From a virus, in the IMG/VR virus record IMGVR_UViG_3300021389_000005, positions 32,001-96,000 of that record: DNA of 64,000 nt. One strand, 5' to 3'. The notes under the pieces are model-generated. The model saw only the letters and a program-made list of their open reading frames with translations. It was not told where the DNA came from and did not search any database. Each line of letters starts with the position of its first letter. The stretch's first letter is position 1. Both the position numbers and the translations under genes were made by a program. Positions 18,885-28,351 of this stretch are shown in pieces.

Positions 18885-20705
18885 ATGGAAAAACTAAAAT
18901 CATTTGAGCAGTTTGCTAAGATAAAAACTGAAAGCGATCAAGCTCAACTACAAGAAGAACAAAATGCAAAAAGAGAATCTGAAGCTAATACGTTTAAGGA
19001 TCTCTTATCAGAATTTAATGTTACATCTGTAAAAGAATTATCAGAAGAACAAAAAAACGAATTCTTTACTAAATTAAGAGGTGTTGAAATGAACGAAGCA
19101 TTCTTAATCATAGAAGGAACTAGAGGACAATTTGGTAAAATAGACAAAAGAGGTAACATAGAGTCTGTGTATACACATTATGATTCATATCCTGACAACA
19201 TGCTACCGCTTATTAAGAAAACATATTTAAAGGGTGGTTCACCACTAAACATGGTTCTTAAAAATGGAGATAATTCAGGTTTAGAAGCTGATCCAAGTGG
19301 AATGAACTACTATGGAGACACTGATAATATGAAAGGTAACGTTAAAAACATTGACAGATATATTTCAACTGCAGGTGATAAAGGTGGAGCTGAATTCATT
19401 TACCTTTTTGATGAAAAATCAGGAAAGTGGTTAATGGCAGACATATATGCAGGTGATAAAGATTTAAAACCAGCATTTGAATCTGTAGAAATTAATGAAG
19501 CTATTAAAGTAGAAGGTAAGAGAGATGCTAAGAAAGTAGTAACTCAATATAATCAAATTTTGTTTTCTAAATTAAATGCAATTGGTGCATCTAACGATAA
19601 GAAGACTTTATTGGGTGCAATTAAAAAATTATTCTTAGATTCAATGGAAGATGCTAATTTCCATAGAGAAAGAGAAAAGTGTGCAGGCGCTATCAAAGGT
19701 AATATAGGATCTATTCCTGTAATAGTTGATGGTTTAGGCAAAATGTCAGTAAACATCGGATCGACAAGAATTAAAGATGCATTAGAACAAGAATATTCTA
19801 GAATTTCAAATGCAGCTGGATGGTCAGGTCAAGGTATTGCAGAAGGAACTGCATTGTTCTTAGAGCAATGTGGCTTTGCTAAAATGGGACAAGATTTACT
19901 AGATAGATTTAACTCTTTCTTTGAAGGTGAAGTAAAAGACAACTTTGAATTTAGAATGTTCGAATCTATCAAATATGCAGAGGCTGTATTAGAGGCATCA
20001 GTGGTAATGGATGCAATGGATCCTGGATCTAAAGTATTAAGAAAATTACTTAAGAAGCATAAAGTAACAATGGAAATCATTGATAACGATGGACCATCTG
20101 GATGGCCAGAAGTTGAATTAACAGGAGACAGGAAAGATCTTGAAAAGGTACTAGCATCTGAAGATGGTTGGGACGATGCAGGTTTAGCAGAATACATTGA
20201 AGAATCTAACGGAACTTATACAGCTAAAGTTAAATCTTTAAATGAAGCTAAAAAGGACTTAAAGGTTGGAGATACTGGTATCGACTATAACGACAATATT
20301 GTAGAAGTTATAGAAATTGGTAAATTTGACAAAGTAGCAAAAAGCTTTAAAAAGGAAATGAAAGCAGATGCTGAAGATTATGGATATGAAAAAGCAGCAG
20401 GTGATTTCTATCTTACTAAAAATATTGAAGCAGCTGAAGGTAATGTTGGAGATTTAGCTATTTACCCGGTAAAATACGACATGTCTCAATATTGGGGAAT
20501 AAATCCTTTAAAAGAATCAGTAGTTACTGAAGCGGAAGTTACTTCCGATGAAGAATTTAAAGAATATGCATTTTCTGTATTACAAAAAGCTTTCGGCGAC
20601 GACTTTGACGAAGCTAAAGCACAGGAAGTAGTTGATGGATTAATTTCTAAAAACTCAGGAGATTACGGTGCTATGGTTGGTGCTTTAAAATCATCACTTG
20701 GGTAA
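18885..20705 (+). CDS. Multi-module internal head (poly)protein
   Basis: Starts MEKLKSFEQF; unrelated modules are separated by MNEA, IIEG, INEA, VLEA, IEES, LNEA, LKES and VTEA; late motif at 18843. Confidence 0.55.
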   Translation: MEKLKSFEQFAKIKTESDQAQLQEEQNAKRESEANTFKDLLSEFNVTSVKELSEEQKNEFFTKLRGVEMNEAFLIIEGTRGQFGKIDKRGNIESVYTHYDSYPDNMLPLIKKTYLKGGSPLNMVLKNGDNSGLEADPSGMNYYGDTDNMKGNVKNIDRYISTAGDKGGAEFIYLFDEKSGKWLMADIYAGDKDLKPAFESVEINEAIKVEGKRDAKKVVTQYNQILFSKLNAIGASNDKKTLLGAIKKLFLDSMEDANFHREREKCAGAIKGNIGSIPVIVDGLGKMSVNIGSTRIKDALEQEYSRISNAAGWSGQGIAEGTALFLEQCGFAKMGQDLLDRFNSFFEGEVKDNFEFRMFESIKYAEAVLEASVVMDAMDPGSKVLRKLLKKHKVTMEIIDNDGPSGWPEVELTGDRKDLEKVLASEDGWDDAGLAEYIEESNGTYTAKVKSLNEAKKDLKVGDTGIDYNDNIVEVIEIGKFDKVAKSFKKEMKADAEDYGYEKAAGDFYLTKNIEAAEGNVGDLAIYPVKYDMSQYWGINPLKESVVTEAEVTSDEEFKEYAFSVLQKAFGDDFDEAKAQEVVDGLISKNSGDYGAMVGALKSSLG

Positions 20706-20716
20706 AAACAATATAT

Positions 20717-20747
20717 AAACTAGAGAGCATAACACTCTCTAGTTTTT
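20717..20747 (+). terminator. Hairpin/intrinsic terminator
   Basis: AACTAGAGAG-cataaca-CTCTCTAGTT followed by T's. Confidence 0.6.
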
Positions 20748-20760
20748 ACTTTCAACTATT

Positions 20761-22032
20761 ATGAAAATATATACAGACTTTAGTACATTTATAACCGAAA
20801 GGGTTCACTTACAAGAATCTAATTTAATATTAGAAGGTGGAGCAGCCGGCCACATGTCACACCCGTTTGATAACAAGTCATTGACATTCGGCGATTTTAA
20901 AAAGCTTATAGAATCTGGATTAAGTGGAGAACTTAATTTTGAAGAAGACCCTACCGAAAAAACAGATGGTCAAAATTTATTTGCAACTGTTAAAGATGGA
21001 GAAACAATGTTTGCCAGAAATAAGGGTCAAATGAAAAATCCAATAGACCTAAACGGTATTATTAAGATGTTTACTGGTCACGCTTCTAAATTAGTAGAAG
21101 AAACATATATTTTTGCAGCAAAAGATTTAGCTGACGCTTTACCAAAACTTAAGGATCAATCAATGTTTGCAAACGGATTAAATTTCGTTAACATGGAATT
21201 GATCTACTCTAAAAACCCTAACGTGATATATTATGATAGAGATGTCATTCAATTTCACAATATAGTAGAGACAGACGGAGAAGGTAATCAAACAGGAACT
21301 CAAAACTTAGCAACAGAATTAGTAGGTGCTTTAAAAGAATTAAAGAAAGATGTTCAAAACACATTTACTATAATTCCACCACAAGTATTAAAGATTGCTA
21401 AAGACGTTGACTTTGAAGCAAACAAGTCAAAATTCATTAAACAAGTAGAAGCATTAAAGAATCGTTATAAACTAACAGATGCTGACGAAGTTTCCAGATA
21501 TCACGAAATGTGGTGGAGAGAAACGATAGACACAAATTTCCCTGATCTAGAACAAAACCACAAAGAAGGTTTATTATTAAGATGGGCATATGGTGATAAG
21601 AAGACTTTAAATTTAAGATCATTAGACAAAGCTATCGGTAAAGATAAAGCTGCACTAATTAAGAAGTTTGATAAAGAAGATGTTAAAAAGAAGTATAAAG
21701 AAAACATTAGACCATTTGAAGATCTATTCTTAGAATTAGGATCAGTAATTTTGAAAAACGCAAGTAACTTTGTAGCTGCATCGCCAGACAAAGAAATGCA
21801 AAGACTGCATAATCAAATTAGAACTGAAGCTGCTAAGATTAAAAAATCAGGTGGAATTGATCAAATTAAAAAAGTAGAAGCTGAGCTTGCTAGACTAGAA
21901 AGAATCGGTGGAATAGAGTCTATTATACCAACTGAAGGTTTAGTTTTTAAATACAAAGGACATACTTACAAATTAACAGGCACTTTTGCCGCAATCAATC
22001 AATTGATGGGAATCATCAAATACGGCAGATAA
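20761..22032 (+). CDS. ATP-dependent ligase-fold (KxDG) protein of T4-like marine phages
   Basis: EGGAAGHMSHPFD; motif I TEKTDGQN; NMELIY; EGLVF..K..YKLTG.F (motif IV/V-like); capsid-targeting-like start FSTFITE. Confidence 0.6.
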   Translation: MKIYTDFSTFITERVHLQESNLILEGGAAGHMSHPFDNKSLTFGDFKKLIESGLSGELNFEEDPTEKTDGQNLFATVKDGETMFARNKGQMKNPIDLNGIIKMFTGHASKLVEETYIFAAKDLADALPKLKDQSMFANGLNFVNMELIYSKNPNVIYYDRDVIQFHNIVETDGEGNQTGTQNLATELVGALKELKKDVQNTFTIIPPQVLKIAKDVDFEANKSKFIKQVEALKNRYKLTDADEVSRYHEMWWRETIDTNFPDLEQNHKEGLLLRWAYGDKKTLNLRSLDKAIGKDKAALIKKFDKEDVKKKYKENIRPFEDLFLELGSVILKNASNFVAASPDKEMQRLHNQIRTEAAKIKKSGGIDQIKKVEAELARLERIGGIESIIPTEGLVFKYKGHTYKLTGTFAAINQLMGIIKYGR

Positions 22033-22044
22033 AACAAAAATAAT

Positions 22045-23889
22045 ATGGCACTACAAAACCTAAAAACATATTTTGAATCTACTAATATCAATGACTTTAA
22101 TGAGTTATTGAGTAACATATGTGTTGTAACAGAAAAAGTGCAAGCATCAAGTTTTCACGTAAGAAGAGAAGAGGTTGGTAAATTTGAATTTTTTAAGAGT
22201 GGTTCAAAAATTGCAATGAATCGCGTAGATAGAACTCTCGTTAAATATTATGAAAATGCCATTAAACATTTTAACACTATTTCAGACGAAGCGTTAAATG
22301 AAATGCCAAAAGATTGGAAATTTGGATTTGATTACATGGTAGATAAGAAAACTATCGACATAGAATATGACTTATTACCAAAAAACAATTTAATACTAAC
22401 ACATATACAGGTACTTAACGCAACAGATCCTACGAGAGTTAAGAGAGTTATTAGAGATCCTAGAATTCTTGAGAAGTGGGCAACTAAACTAGAAGTACAA
22501 GAAATATCAGTTTTATTTGAAGGTCAATTAGCATTGAATCAAAAAGAAGATCTAATAGACTTATTGTCTTTAGGTGAATCAGAATTTAAAACTAAATTTG
22601 AGAAGGAATCATTTACAAGGTTAATATACAATATATTCGATAACGGTAGAAATAAATCAGCATTAAATCTAGATTTAGATAAAGATATTGATGCATTGGT
22701 AGTAAACTTCTACGAGAATAGAAATCCTAAGAGTTTTAAACTAGAAAGATTTGATAGAATTGAATCAGAGCCTAGAAAACCATCTGACATGTATCAAATA
22801 TCTATATTAGATTTAGTTGAATTTTTAACAAGTTTTGATATATCAGATATAGAATTAAAAGAAGAGGACGCAGATCTTAGATATGTAGAATTAATGTCAT
22901 CTATATTTAATGCTTACGTAGAAAAGCACGCAACTAAATATGTAGGCGCAGATTTTGATTCAGCAGATTTTGCAGAAGGTGAAAACTTTGAACTTAATAC
23001 AGCATATATCTCTAATGAGAAAACCCTCTCACTAGTACAAAACAAAGTGTTATCGGAACTTTTTAAAATAGCACTCGGTTCTTTTAGAAAAAAGAGAAGC
23101 AAAGAAACTGATATTATAAATTCAGATCTTATGTCTCAGATTAATGAAATAGTTGAAGAGATAGAAACTATCATAATGGGTAAAACAAACGAAAAAGATG
23201 TAATGGATTTTAAAAAATATCTAATTAATCAAAAACTAAATGGCGACGTAAGTCCAATAATGGAAGGATTAACTGTAGACTATCCAGATCAGGGTAAAAA
23301 GCTAGTTAATATGTTTGTTGGTAGATTTCAGCCGTTCACATTAGGACATGCTAAGGTAATAGACACTATTAGCAAACAAAACGGACATCCTGTTGTTGTA
23401 ATATTGATTAAATCAAAGACTAAGAAAAAAGAAGATGCTTTTAAAAGACCTTATGATGAGGAAACTCAATTAGCAATGCTTAATAAATTAAAGTCTAAAT
23501 ACCCAATAGAAAAAGTATACATTTTAGATAGAGCGGCAATAGATTATATGTTTAACGCAATGAGAGCCGATGGTTACGAACCGGTACTTTGGGGAACAGG
23601 AACAGATAGGCTCAAAACATATTCGTATCAAGTTGATAAACCAGAATATAGAGAATCTTTAAATTGTAGAGAAGATTTCGGTTTATTTGAAATCCCTAGA
23701 TCTGGTAAAAACATTTCAGCAACACAAGTTAGAAATGCAATGTTAGACGGTGATGAAAAGACATTTAAAAAATTAACACCTAGACCAATTCATGGTATGT
23801 ATACTGAATTGAGAACAAAATTAGAGGTTTCTATGGGTGTTGCAGAGTCAAAATTCATGACATTTGAACAGTTTGTGAAGAAAGACTAA
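22045..23889 (+). CDS. Degenerate ligase-fold domain fused to a HIGH-family nucleotidyltransferase (cytidylyltransferase/NMNAT-like)
   Basis: N-terminal VTEKVQAS (decayed KxDG); C-terminal GRFQPFTLGH, GTDR and ISATQVR. Confidence 0.72.
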   Translation: MALQNLKTYFESTNINDFNELLSNICVVTEKVQASSFHVRREEVGKFEFFKSGSKIAMNRVDRTLVKYYENAIKHFNTISDEALNEMPKDWKFGFDYMVDKKTIDIEYDLLPKNNLILTHIQVLNATDPTRVKRVIRDPRILEKWATKLEVQEISVLFEGQLALNQKEDLIDLLSLGESEFKTKFEKESFTRLIYNIFDNGRNKSALNLDLDKDIDALVVNFYENRNPKSFKLERFDRIESEPRKPSDMYQISILDLVEFLTSFDISDIELKEEDADLRYVELMSSIFNAYVEKHATKYVGADFDSADFAEGENFELNTAYISNEKTLSLVQNKVLSELFKIALGSFRKKRSKETDIINSDLMSQINEIVEEIETIIMGKTNEKDVMDFKKYLINQKLNGDVSPIMEGLTVDYPDQGKKLVNMFVGRFQPFTLGHAKVIDTISKQNGHPVVVILIKSKTKKKEDAFKRPYDEETQLAMLNKLKSKYPIEKVYILDRAAIDYMFNAMRADGYEPVLWGTGTDRLKTYSYQVDKPEYRESLNCREDFGLFEIPRSGKNISATQVRNAMLDGDEKTFKKLTPRPIHGMYTELRTKLEVSMGVAESKFMTFEQFVKKD

Positions 23890-23926
23890 TATATAGTATA
23901 AGAATATAAAATATAGAAAATTAAAA

Positions 23927-25447
23927 ATGAAAAAATTCGAAGAATTTATCGGTGAAGGTAAAATTACTCTAAAGAGAAAATATACTGAAAACCATCCAGC
24001 ACAAACTGCAGGAACCCACGCAAAAATTAGAAACAAAGTATTAGAAGCTATTGCTGACGGTACATTAACTCAAGAAGAATTTGATGCTATTTTAAAAGAA
24101 ATGTCAAACGATTCAGGAAGATGGATGAGAAGAAACGCAAAATACTTTAGTGTTTCTGAGGCAGGTGTTTCTCTTTCTAAGTTCGGACAAAGAGTATTAA
24201 CAACAATCAACATTTCTGAAGAAGTTGCAGAAGACGAAGTTGAAGAAGGAAATGCATTTGGAGATGCAGTAACTAAAGCTAAAGAAAACGGAGATAAAGA
24301 ATTCGAATTTGATGGTAAAACCTACCCAGTAAAAGAAGGTAGAGGATTTGTTGCGGCTGCTAAAAAAGCAAAAGACGCAGGTGAAAAAGAATTTGAATTT
24401 AATGGTAAAAAATATCCAGTACTTCTTAAAGAAGGTACTGATTTTGTCTATGAATCTTTTACTTCTTTTTTAGAAAACCTAAACGAGGCTTTCGGTTCAA
24501 TAAAACTATCTAAGTTATTCACAAGCACAAGAGGTAAAGTTGACAAATCTTTATCAGGCGCATTTTATGGTAAAACTAAAGTTGCTTTAGATAAAGTACA
24601 GGATGAAGATCTTATTGATACTGATCCAATGACAGCGTACAAGGCAAAACAAACAAACACTATTGTTTTTTATATCTCAGATACTGAGAAAGAAAATCCA
24701 CATGCACCATACGATACATATCAATCTAATAAACTCATTCCAGGTGGAGGTTATTTATTAGCGGTAGCAAGTGGAGGTAATGAATTTTACACTAACTCAT
24801 GGTCTAGCAGATACTCTGATAATAGGAACAGAACTTTATCAAAGTCTCCTAACAACTCAAGCGATACTATTGGTATTTCTAAGAAGTATAAAGGATGGGA
24901 CGCTACTGGACTTTACAATGTAAAGAGAATTGCAGAAGTTGCAGATAGAGCAGTTGTAATTAATATTGATTTATTACAACAAAAGTATTCTACAGCCAAC
25001 AAAAGAGATGAAAGATCAGCAGCAAAAGCAGGAGCGATTGCATTCAAATCTGATAAAGACTTCAAACAAGAAAACAAAAACAGATACACTCAAATTTTAG
25101 CTACTAAAGCAGCTGCATTACCATTAGATAAAATGGTATCAAGCGCAATTGATGAATTAGCTAAACAAATTCAAGACGGTTTAAAAGCTGGAGAGAAAAC
25201 TGAATACGGAGAAATCTATATCGGTAAAAACAAAAGAGGTTCTACTGTAAAATTAAAAGATGCTTCTTCACACATGTCATCTATTTTAGATGATTACTCA
25301 AGATACTGTGATTATATCGCAAGATCTGAAGAGTCTGAAAAGAAATACGGCACAGGTGAAAGATGGTACGAAAGAGAAGCTAAGACATATGCTAAATCTA
25401 TTAAAGATAGAATTAACAAAATCAAAACTTTTGATTACGCTTGGTAA
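23927..25447 (+). CDS. Multi-module internal head protein
   Basis: Starts MKKFEEFIGE; tandem AK..G.KEFEF.GK.YPV modules; internal ESFTSFLENLNEA. Confidence 0.55.
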   Translation: MKKFEEFIGEGKITLKRKYTENHPAQTAGTHAKIRNKVLEAIADGTLTQEEFDAILKEMSNDSGRWMRRNAKYFSVSEAGVSLSKFGQRVLTTINISEEVAEDEVEEGNAFGDAVTKAKENGDKEFEFDGKTYPVKEGRGFVAAAKKAKDAGEKEFEFNGKKYPVLLKEGTDFVYESFTSFLENLNEAFGSIKLSKLFTSTRGKVDKSLSGAFYGKTKVALDKVQDEDLIDTDPMTAYKAKQTNTIVFYISDTEKENPHAPYDTYQSNKLIPGGGYLLAVASGGNEFYTNSWSSRYSDNRNRTLSKSPNNSSDTIGISKKYKGWDATGLYNVKRIAEVADRAVVINIDLLQQKYSTANKRDERSAAKAGAIAFKSDKDFKQENKNRYTQILATKAAALPLDKMVSSAIDELAKQIQDGLKAGEKTEYGEIYIGKNKRGSTVKLKDASSHMSSILDDYSRYCDYIARSEESEKKYGTGERWYEREAKTYAKSIKDRINKIKTFDYAW

Positions 25448-25997
25448 ATAAACAATAAAAACAATTATGAAACATTTACAATTATTTGAAGAATTTCTAA
25501 ACGAAGCAACATTAAAAGAAGGAAGAGACGAAGCATTAGCTAATGCTATTCTTGCATACTTTTATGCAGTTGAAGGAACACCAGAAGGTGACGCTGTAAG
25601 AGCATTACCTGGAAATCCAATTAGATCTGATGAACCAGTAGGTGAACAAGGTGGTTTAGGCGGATGGGGAAAAGATGTTGTAAAAGATCTATCAGGTGCT
25701 AGAAGATGTCCTTCTGACTTCATGATGGGTAATGTTATATCAATAGCAGCAAACAACGGTAACTCATACTACTTTGATGGTGGTGAATTCGTAGAAGGTG
25801 ATAAAACTATTATTAAAGGAACTAATAAAATGAAATACAGAGAATTTATCGGCGAACTTATTAAGTTAAAGATAATCGAAACTCCAAAGTATTAATACTG
25901 ACAAATTCACTTGATTACGCTTGGTAATTAATAAATTTATACAAATAAAAATATAAAAATGAAACATTTACAATTATTTGAAGAATTTCTAAACGAA
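25431..25997 (+). repeat. Direct repeats flanking the 25467-25895 gene
   Basis: TTGATTACGCTTGGTAA at 25431 and 25911; the 39-nt ATGAAACATTTACAATTATTTGAAGAATTTCTAAACGAA at 25467 and 25959. Confidence 0.9.
25467..25895 (+). CDS. Capsid-targeted hypothetical protein
   Basis: Starts MKHLQLFEEFLNE. Confidence 0.6.
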   Translation: MKHLQLFEEFLNEATLKEGRDEALANAILAYFYAVEGTPEGDAVRALPGNPIRSDEPVGEQGGLGGWGKDVVKDLSGARRCPSDFMMGNVISIAANNGNSYYFDGGEFVEGDKTIIKGTNKMKYREFIGELIKLKIIETPKY

Positions 25998-26498
25998 AAG
26001 GCATATAGAATGACAGGTATCTATGCAGCTAAAGGCCTAGTAGGTAGAATAATGCAAGCGTTTAAACAAGAGATCAAAACGGTAAAATACGAAGGTATTA
26101 ATGTAGTAACCCAAGAAGAAGTTAATAAAGAATGGGCTAAGTTTGAAGATACTGCTAAGAAAATGATTTTAGATCAAGTAGAAAAAGGAGCAGGTGGTAT
26201 GGAAGGTGTTCTATATGTTACCGCTAATCTTTTTAATGGATTCGCTATAGATGAGGTTACTGGTTTAAATTCTGAAGAATCAGAGACGTTATACCTTGGT
26301 TATGAAGTTGTAATTAATGTAGGTTTCATGGACGATTTTAATGGCAAAAAGGTTTATAAGAAAATCGATAAAACTGGAATGATGAATTCCCCGTTAGCAG
26401 GTAAGAGGGATCTTATTTATGGTGAATATGATGCATCAGTTGGTAATAACAATCTTGAAATTAGAGAATCTGAATACATTCAGATTGACGGAAAATAA
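25959..26498 (+). CDS. Capsid-targeted hypothetical protein
   Basis: Starts MKHLQLFEEFLNE. Confidence 0.6.
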   Translation: MKHLQLFEEFLNEKAYRMTGIYAAKGLVGRIMQAFKQEIKTVKYEGINVVTQEEVNKEWAKFEDTAKKMILDQVEKGAGGMEGVLYVTANLFNGFAIDEVTGLNSEESETLYLGYEVVINVGFMDDFNGKKVYKKIDKTGMMNSPLAGKRDLIYGEYDASVGNNNLEIRESEYIQIDGK

Positions 26499-26507
26499 TA
26501 TTATAAA

Positions 26508-27779
26508 ATGGCAAAGATATTTTACGTAAGAGAAAGATCTGGAGATTATGCTCAGGTTAATTTTTTTAAAACAGAAAAAGAAGCATTAAACTACGGTATA
26601 TCTGAATGGCCAGACTTCGATATGTTCGGTGACGAAGAAGACGAAGACGATTCATATGACATGGATAATGATACATGGTGGGTTGGAGACTCAATAGACT
26701 TTAAGAAAGGTATTTTATTTTCGTTTGAAGAAGGACAGGTTTATGTTCAAGGAATGGACGATGCCGCTGCAAGAGAATATGTTAAAGAAGAAGTTGGAGA
26801 ATATGGCGCTGCTATGTTCTTTGCTAGTTTCAAAAAAGGAATGTACGGTTACTTAGGTAATGGTGCAGATGGAAGAGGTTTCAAATGGGAATGGGACGGC
26901 ATAGACTTAAATGAAAGTTCTAAATCTTTGTCTAGTAACAAATCTAATATAACACACAGTAGATCTTTTAATGCTTTTATTAATGAAAAGCATGTTGCGC
27001 CTAAAGAATATGACAATACTAAAAATTGGGAAAAAGAAGGTTCTAGATATCGTTATATTCCATTTGCGGAGTTTAAATCAAGACAAGCTGCAAAACCTGA
27101 TTTTAAAACAGGTAAAATGGAAGATATTGAAGTTGAACAGTGGTTTACAAGTATAGCTGGACAATGTGATGGTAGACTTCAAGCTAAAATATTAAAGGGG
27201 TTCGATAAACACGGAAAAGATTTCAAACAATCTGGTGATAATATGGAAACATATAAAAGCTGGATCGTTGCAGCAATGGTAAGATGTGGGTTTATGGTAG
27301 AAGGAGAAATTCAAGAAGATTTAATAGAAAATATTACACCTTCTAATATGTCAGGTATGGGACCAACTGCTTTACCAACAAGTGGAGCTGATGGTTCTGG
27401 AGATGTACCTGCTGGACAAGGCGATGCTGAAGAAGAATTTAAGAAAAGAAAAAAAGAAAGAGAAGCAATGCTAAAAAACGAATCACACATAAAAAGTTTT
27501 GAAGCTTTTTCATTTGATTTTGAAGGCGTAGATATTAAAAATCCATTTACAGATGAGACTGCAAGAATGGATGTAGATCCAAAACAGTATTATGGAAAGG
27601 AATACGCTAAGTCAGATATTAAGAAGATCATTGACGCAAGCGAAGAGTTTATTAGTAAATACAATGAATGGAAGGAATATCAACCATTAGACTCAGATGA
27701 AGATATGCATGCTGATTATGGAGAATTTGTTAAAGCATCTCTAGAAAAACTAAATGTATTAGTTAAGAAATTAGGATAA
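26508..27779 (+). CDS. Multi-module hypothetical protein with internal capsid-targeting-like motifs
   Basis: Internal RSFNAFINE and HIKSFEAF; LNES and LIEN sites. Confidence 0.5.
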   Translation: MAKIFYVRERSGDYAQVNFFKTEKEALNYGISEWPDFDMFGDEEDEDDSYDMDNDTWWVGDSIDFKKGILFSFEEGQVYVQGMDDAAAREYVKEEVGEYGAAMFFASFKKGMYGYLGNGADGRGFKWEWDGIDLNESSKSLSSNKSNITHSRSFNAFINEKHVAPKEYDNTKNWEKEGSRYRYIPFAEFKSRQAAKPDFKTGKMEDIEVEQWFTSIAGQCDGRLQAKILKGFDKHGKDFKQSGDNMETYKSWIVAAMVRCGFMVEGEIQEDLIENITPSNMSGMGPTALPTSGADGSGDVPAGQGDAEEEFKKRKKEREAMLKNESHIKSFEAFSFDFEGVDIKNPFTDETARMDVDPKQYYGKEYAKSDIKKIIDASEEFISKYNEWKEYQPLDSDEDMHADYGEFVKASLEKLNVLVKKLG

Positions 27780-27809
27780 TTTAAGTATCATCGAATTAAA
27801 CTAAATAAG

Positions 27810-27834
27810 AGCCCACTAGATGTGGGCTTTTTTT
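27810..27834 (+). terminator. Intrinsic terminator
   Basis: AGCCCAC-tagat-GTGGGCT plus T run. Confidence 0.85.
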
Positions 27835-27853
27835 ATGAAAAAAAGTGAGCCAG

Positions 27854-27890
27854 GATTTTTTTATGTCAAATATTTGTGGTATATTAGCAG
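27854..27890 (+). promoter_or_regulatory. Putative early promoter, copy 1
   Basis: GATTTTTTTATGTCAAATATTTGTGGTATATTAGCAG; near-identical copies at 28293 and 63236. Confidence 0.7.
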
Positions 27891-27893
27891 TAT

Positions 27894-28283
27894 ATGAATG
27901 AGTTAAAGTGCAAAAATATAATTGAAGAGGTCTACGATGATATAAAAAATCACTATGGCAGATCTAAGTATCAACATGAATTCCCAGAAGTTGAACTTCA
28001 CCATAACATTTATGTTAGAATAACAGGATGTGAAGAAGCTGAAGGTGATTGTGATCCAGATGCAGAATACGATAGACAAGAAAATAAAATAGTTGTATAT
28101 TACCCAAAGGCTGAAAATAAAGAATGGGTAATCTCAACACTATTGCACGAATATACACATTATTTACAGGACGGAGAAGAAATGCAAAGAATGTATGACG
28201 AAGATGGATATGAATATGACACTCATCCATTCGAGTTAGAAGCTATCGCTGCAGAAAAAAACTGGAAACTTTTTTTAAAATAA
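27894..28283 (+). CDS. HExxH zinc metallopeptidase-like protein
   Basis: TLLHEYTHYLQ...HPFELEA. Confidence 0.7.
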   Translation: MNELKCKNIIEEVYDDIKNHYGRSKYQHEFPEVELHHNIYVRITGCEEAEGDCDPDAEYDRQENKIVVYYPKAENKEWVISTLLHEYTHYLQDGEEMQRMYDEDGYEYDTHPFELEAIAAEKNWKLFLK

Positions 28284-28292
28284 GTCACTCCA

Positions 28293-28329
28293 GATTTTTT
28301 TATGTCATTTATTTGTGGTATATTAGTAG
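28293..28329 (+). promoter_or_regulatory. Putative early promoter, copy 2
   Basis: GATTTTTTTATGTCATTTATTTGTGGTATATTAGTAG. Confidence 0.7.
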
Positions 28330-28351
28330 AGTAATTAAAAGAGTAATAGAA

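Noticed and set aside
25431-28329. CRISPR array or DGR template/variable repeat pair
   Set aside because: The repeats occur only two or three times, are not regularly spaced, and show no adenine-specific mismatches; no reverse transcriptase or cas gene is in the window.
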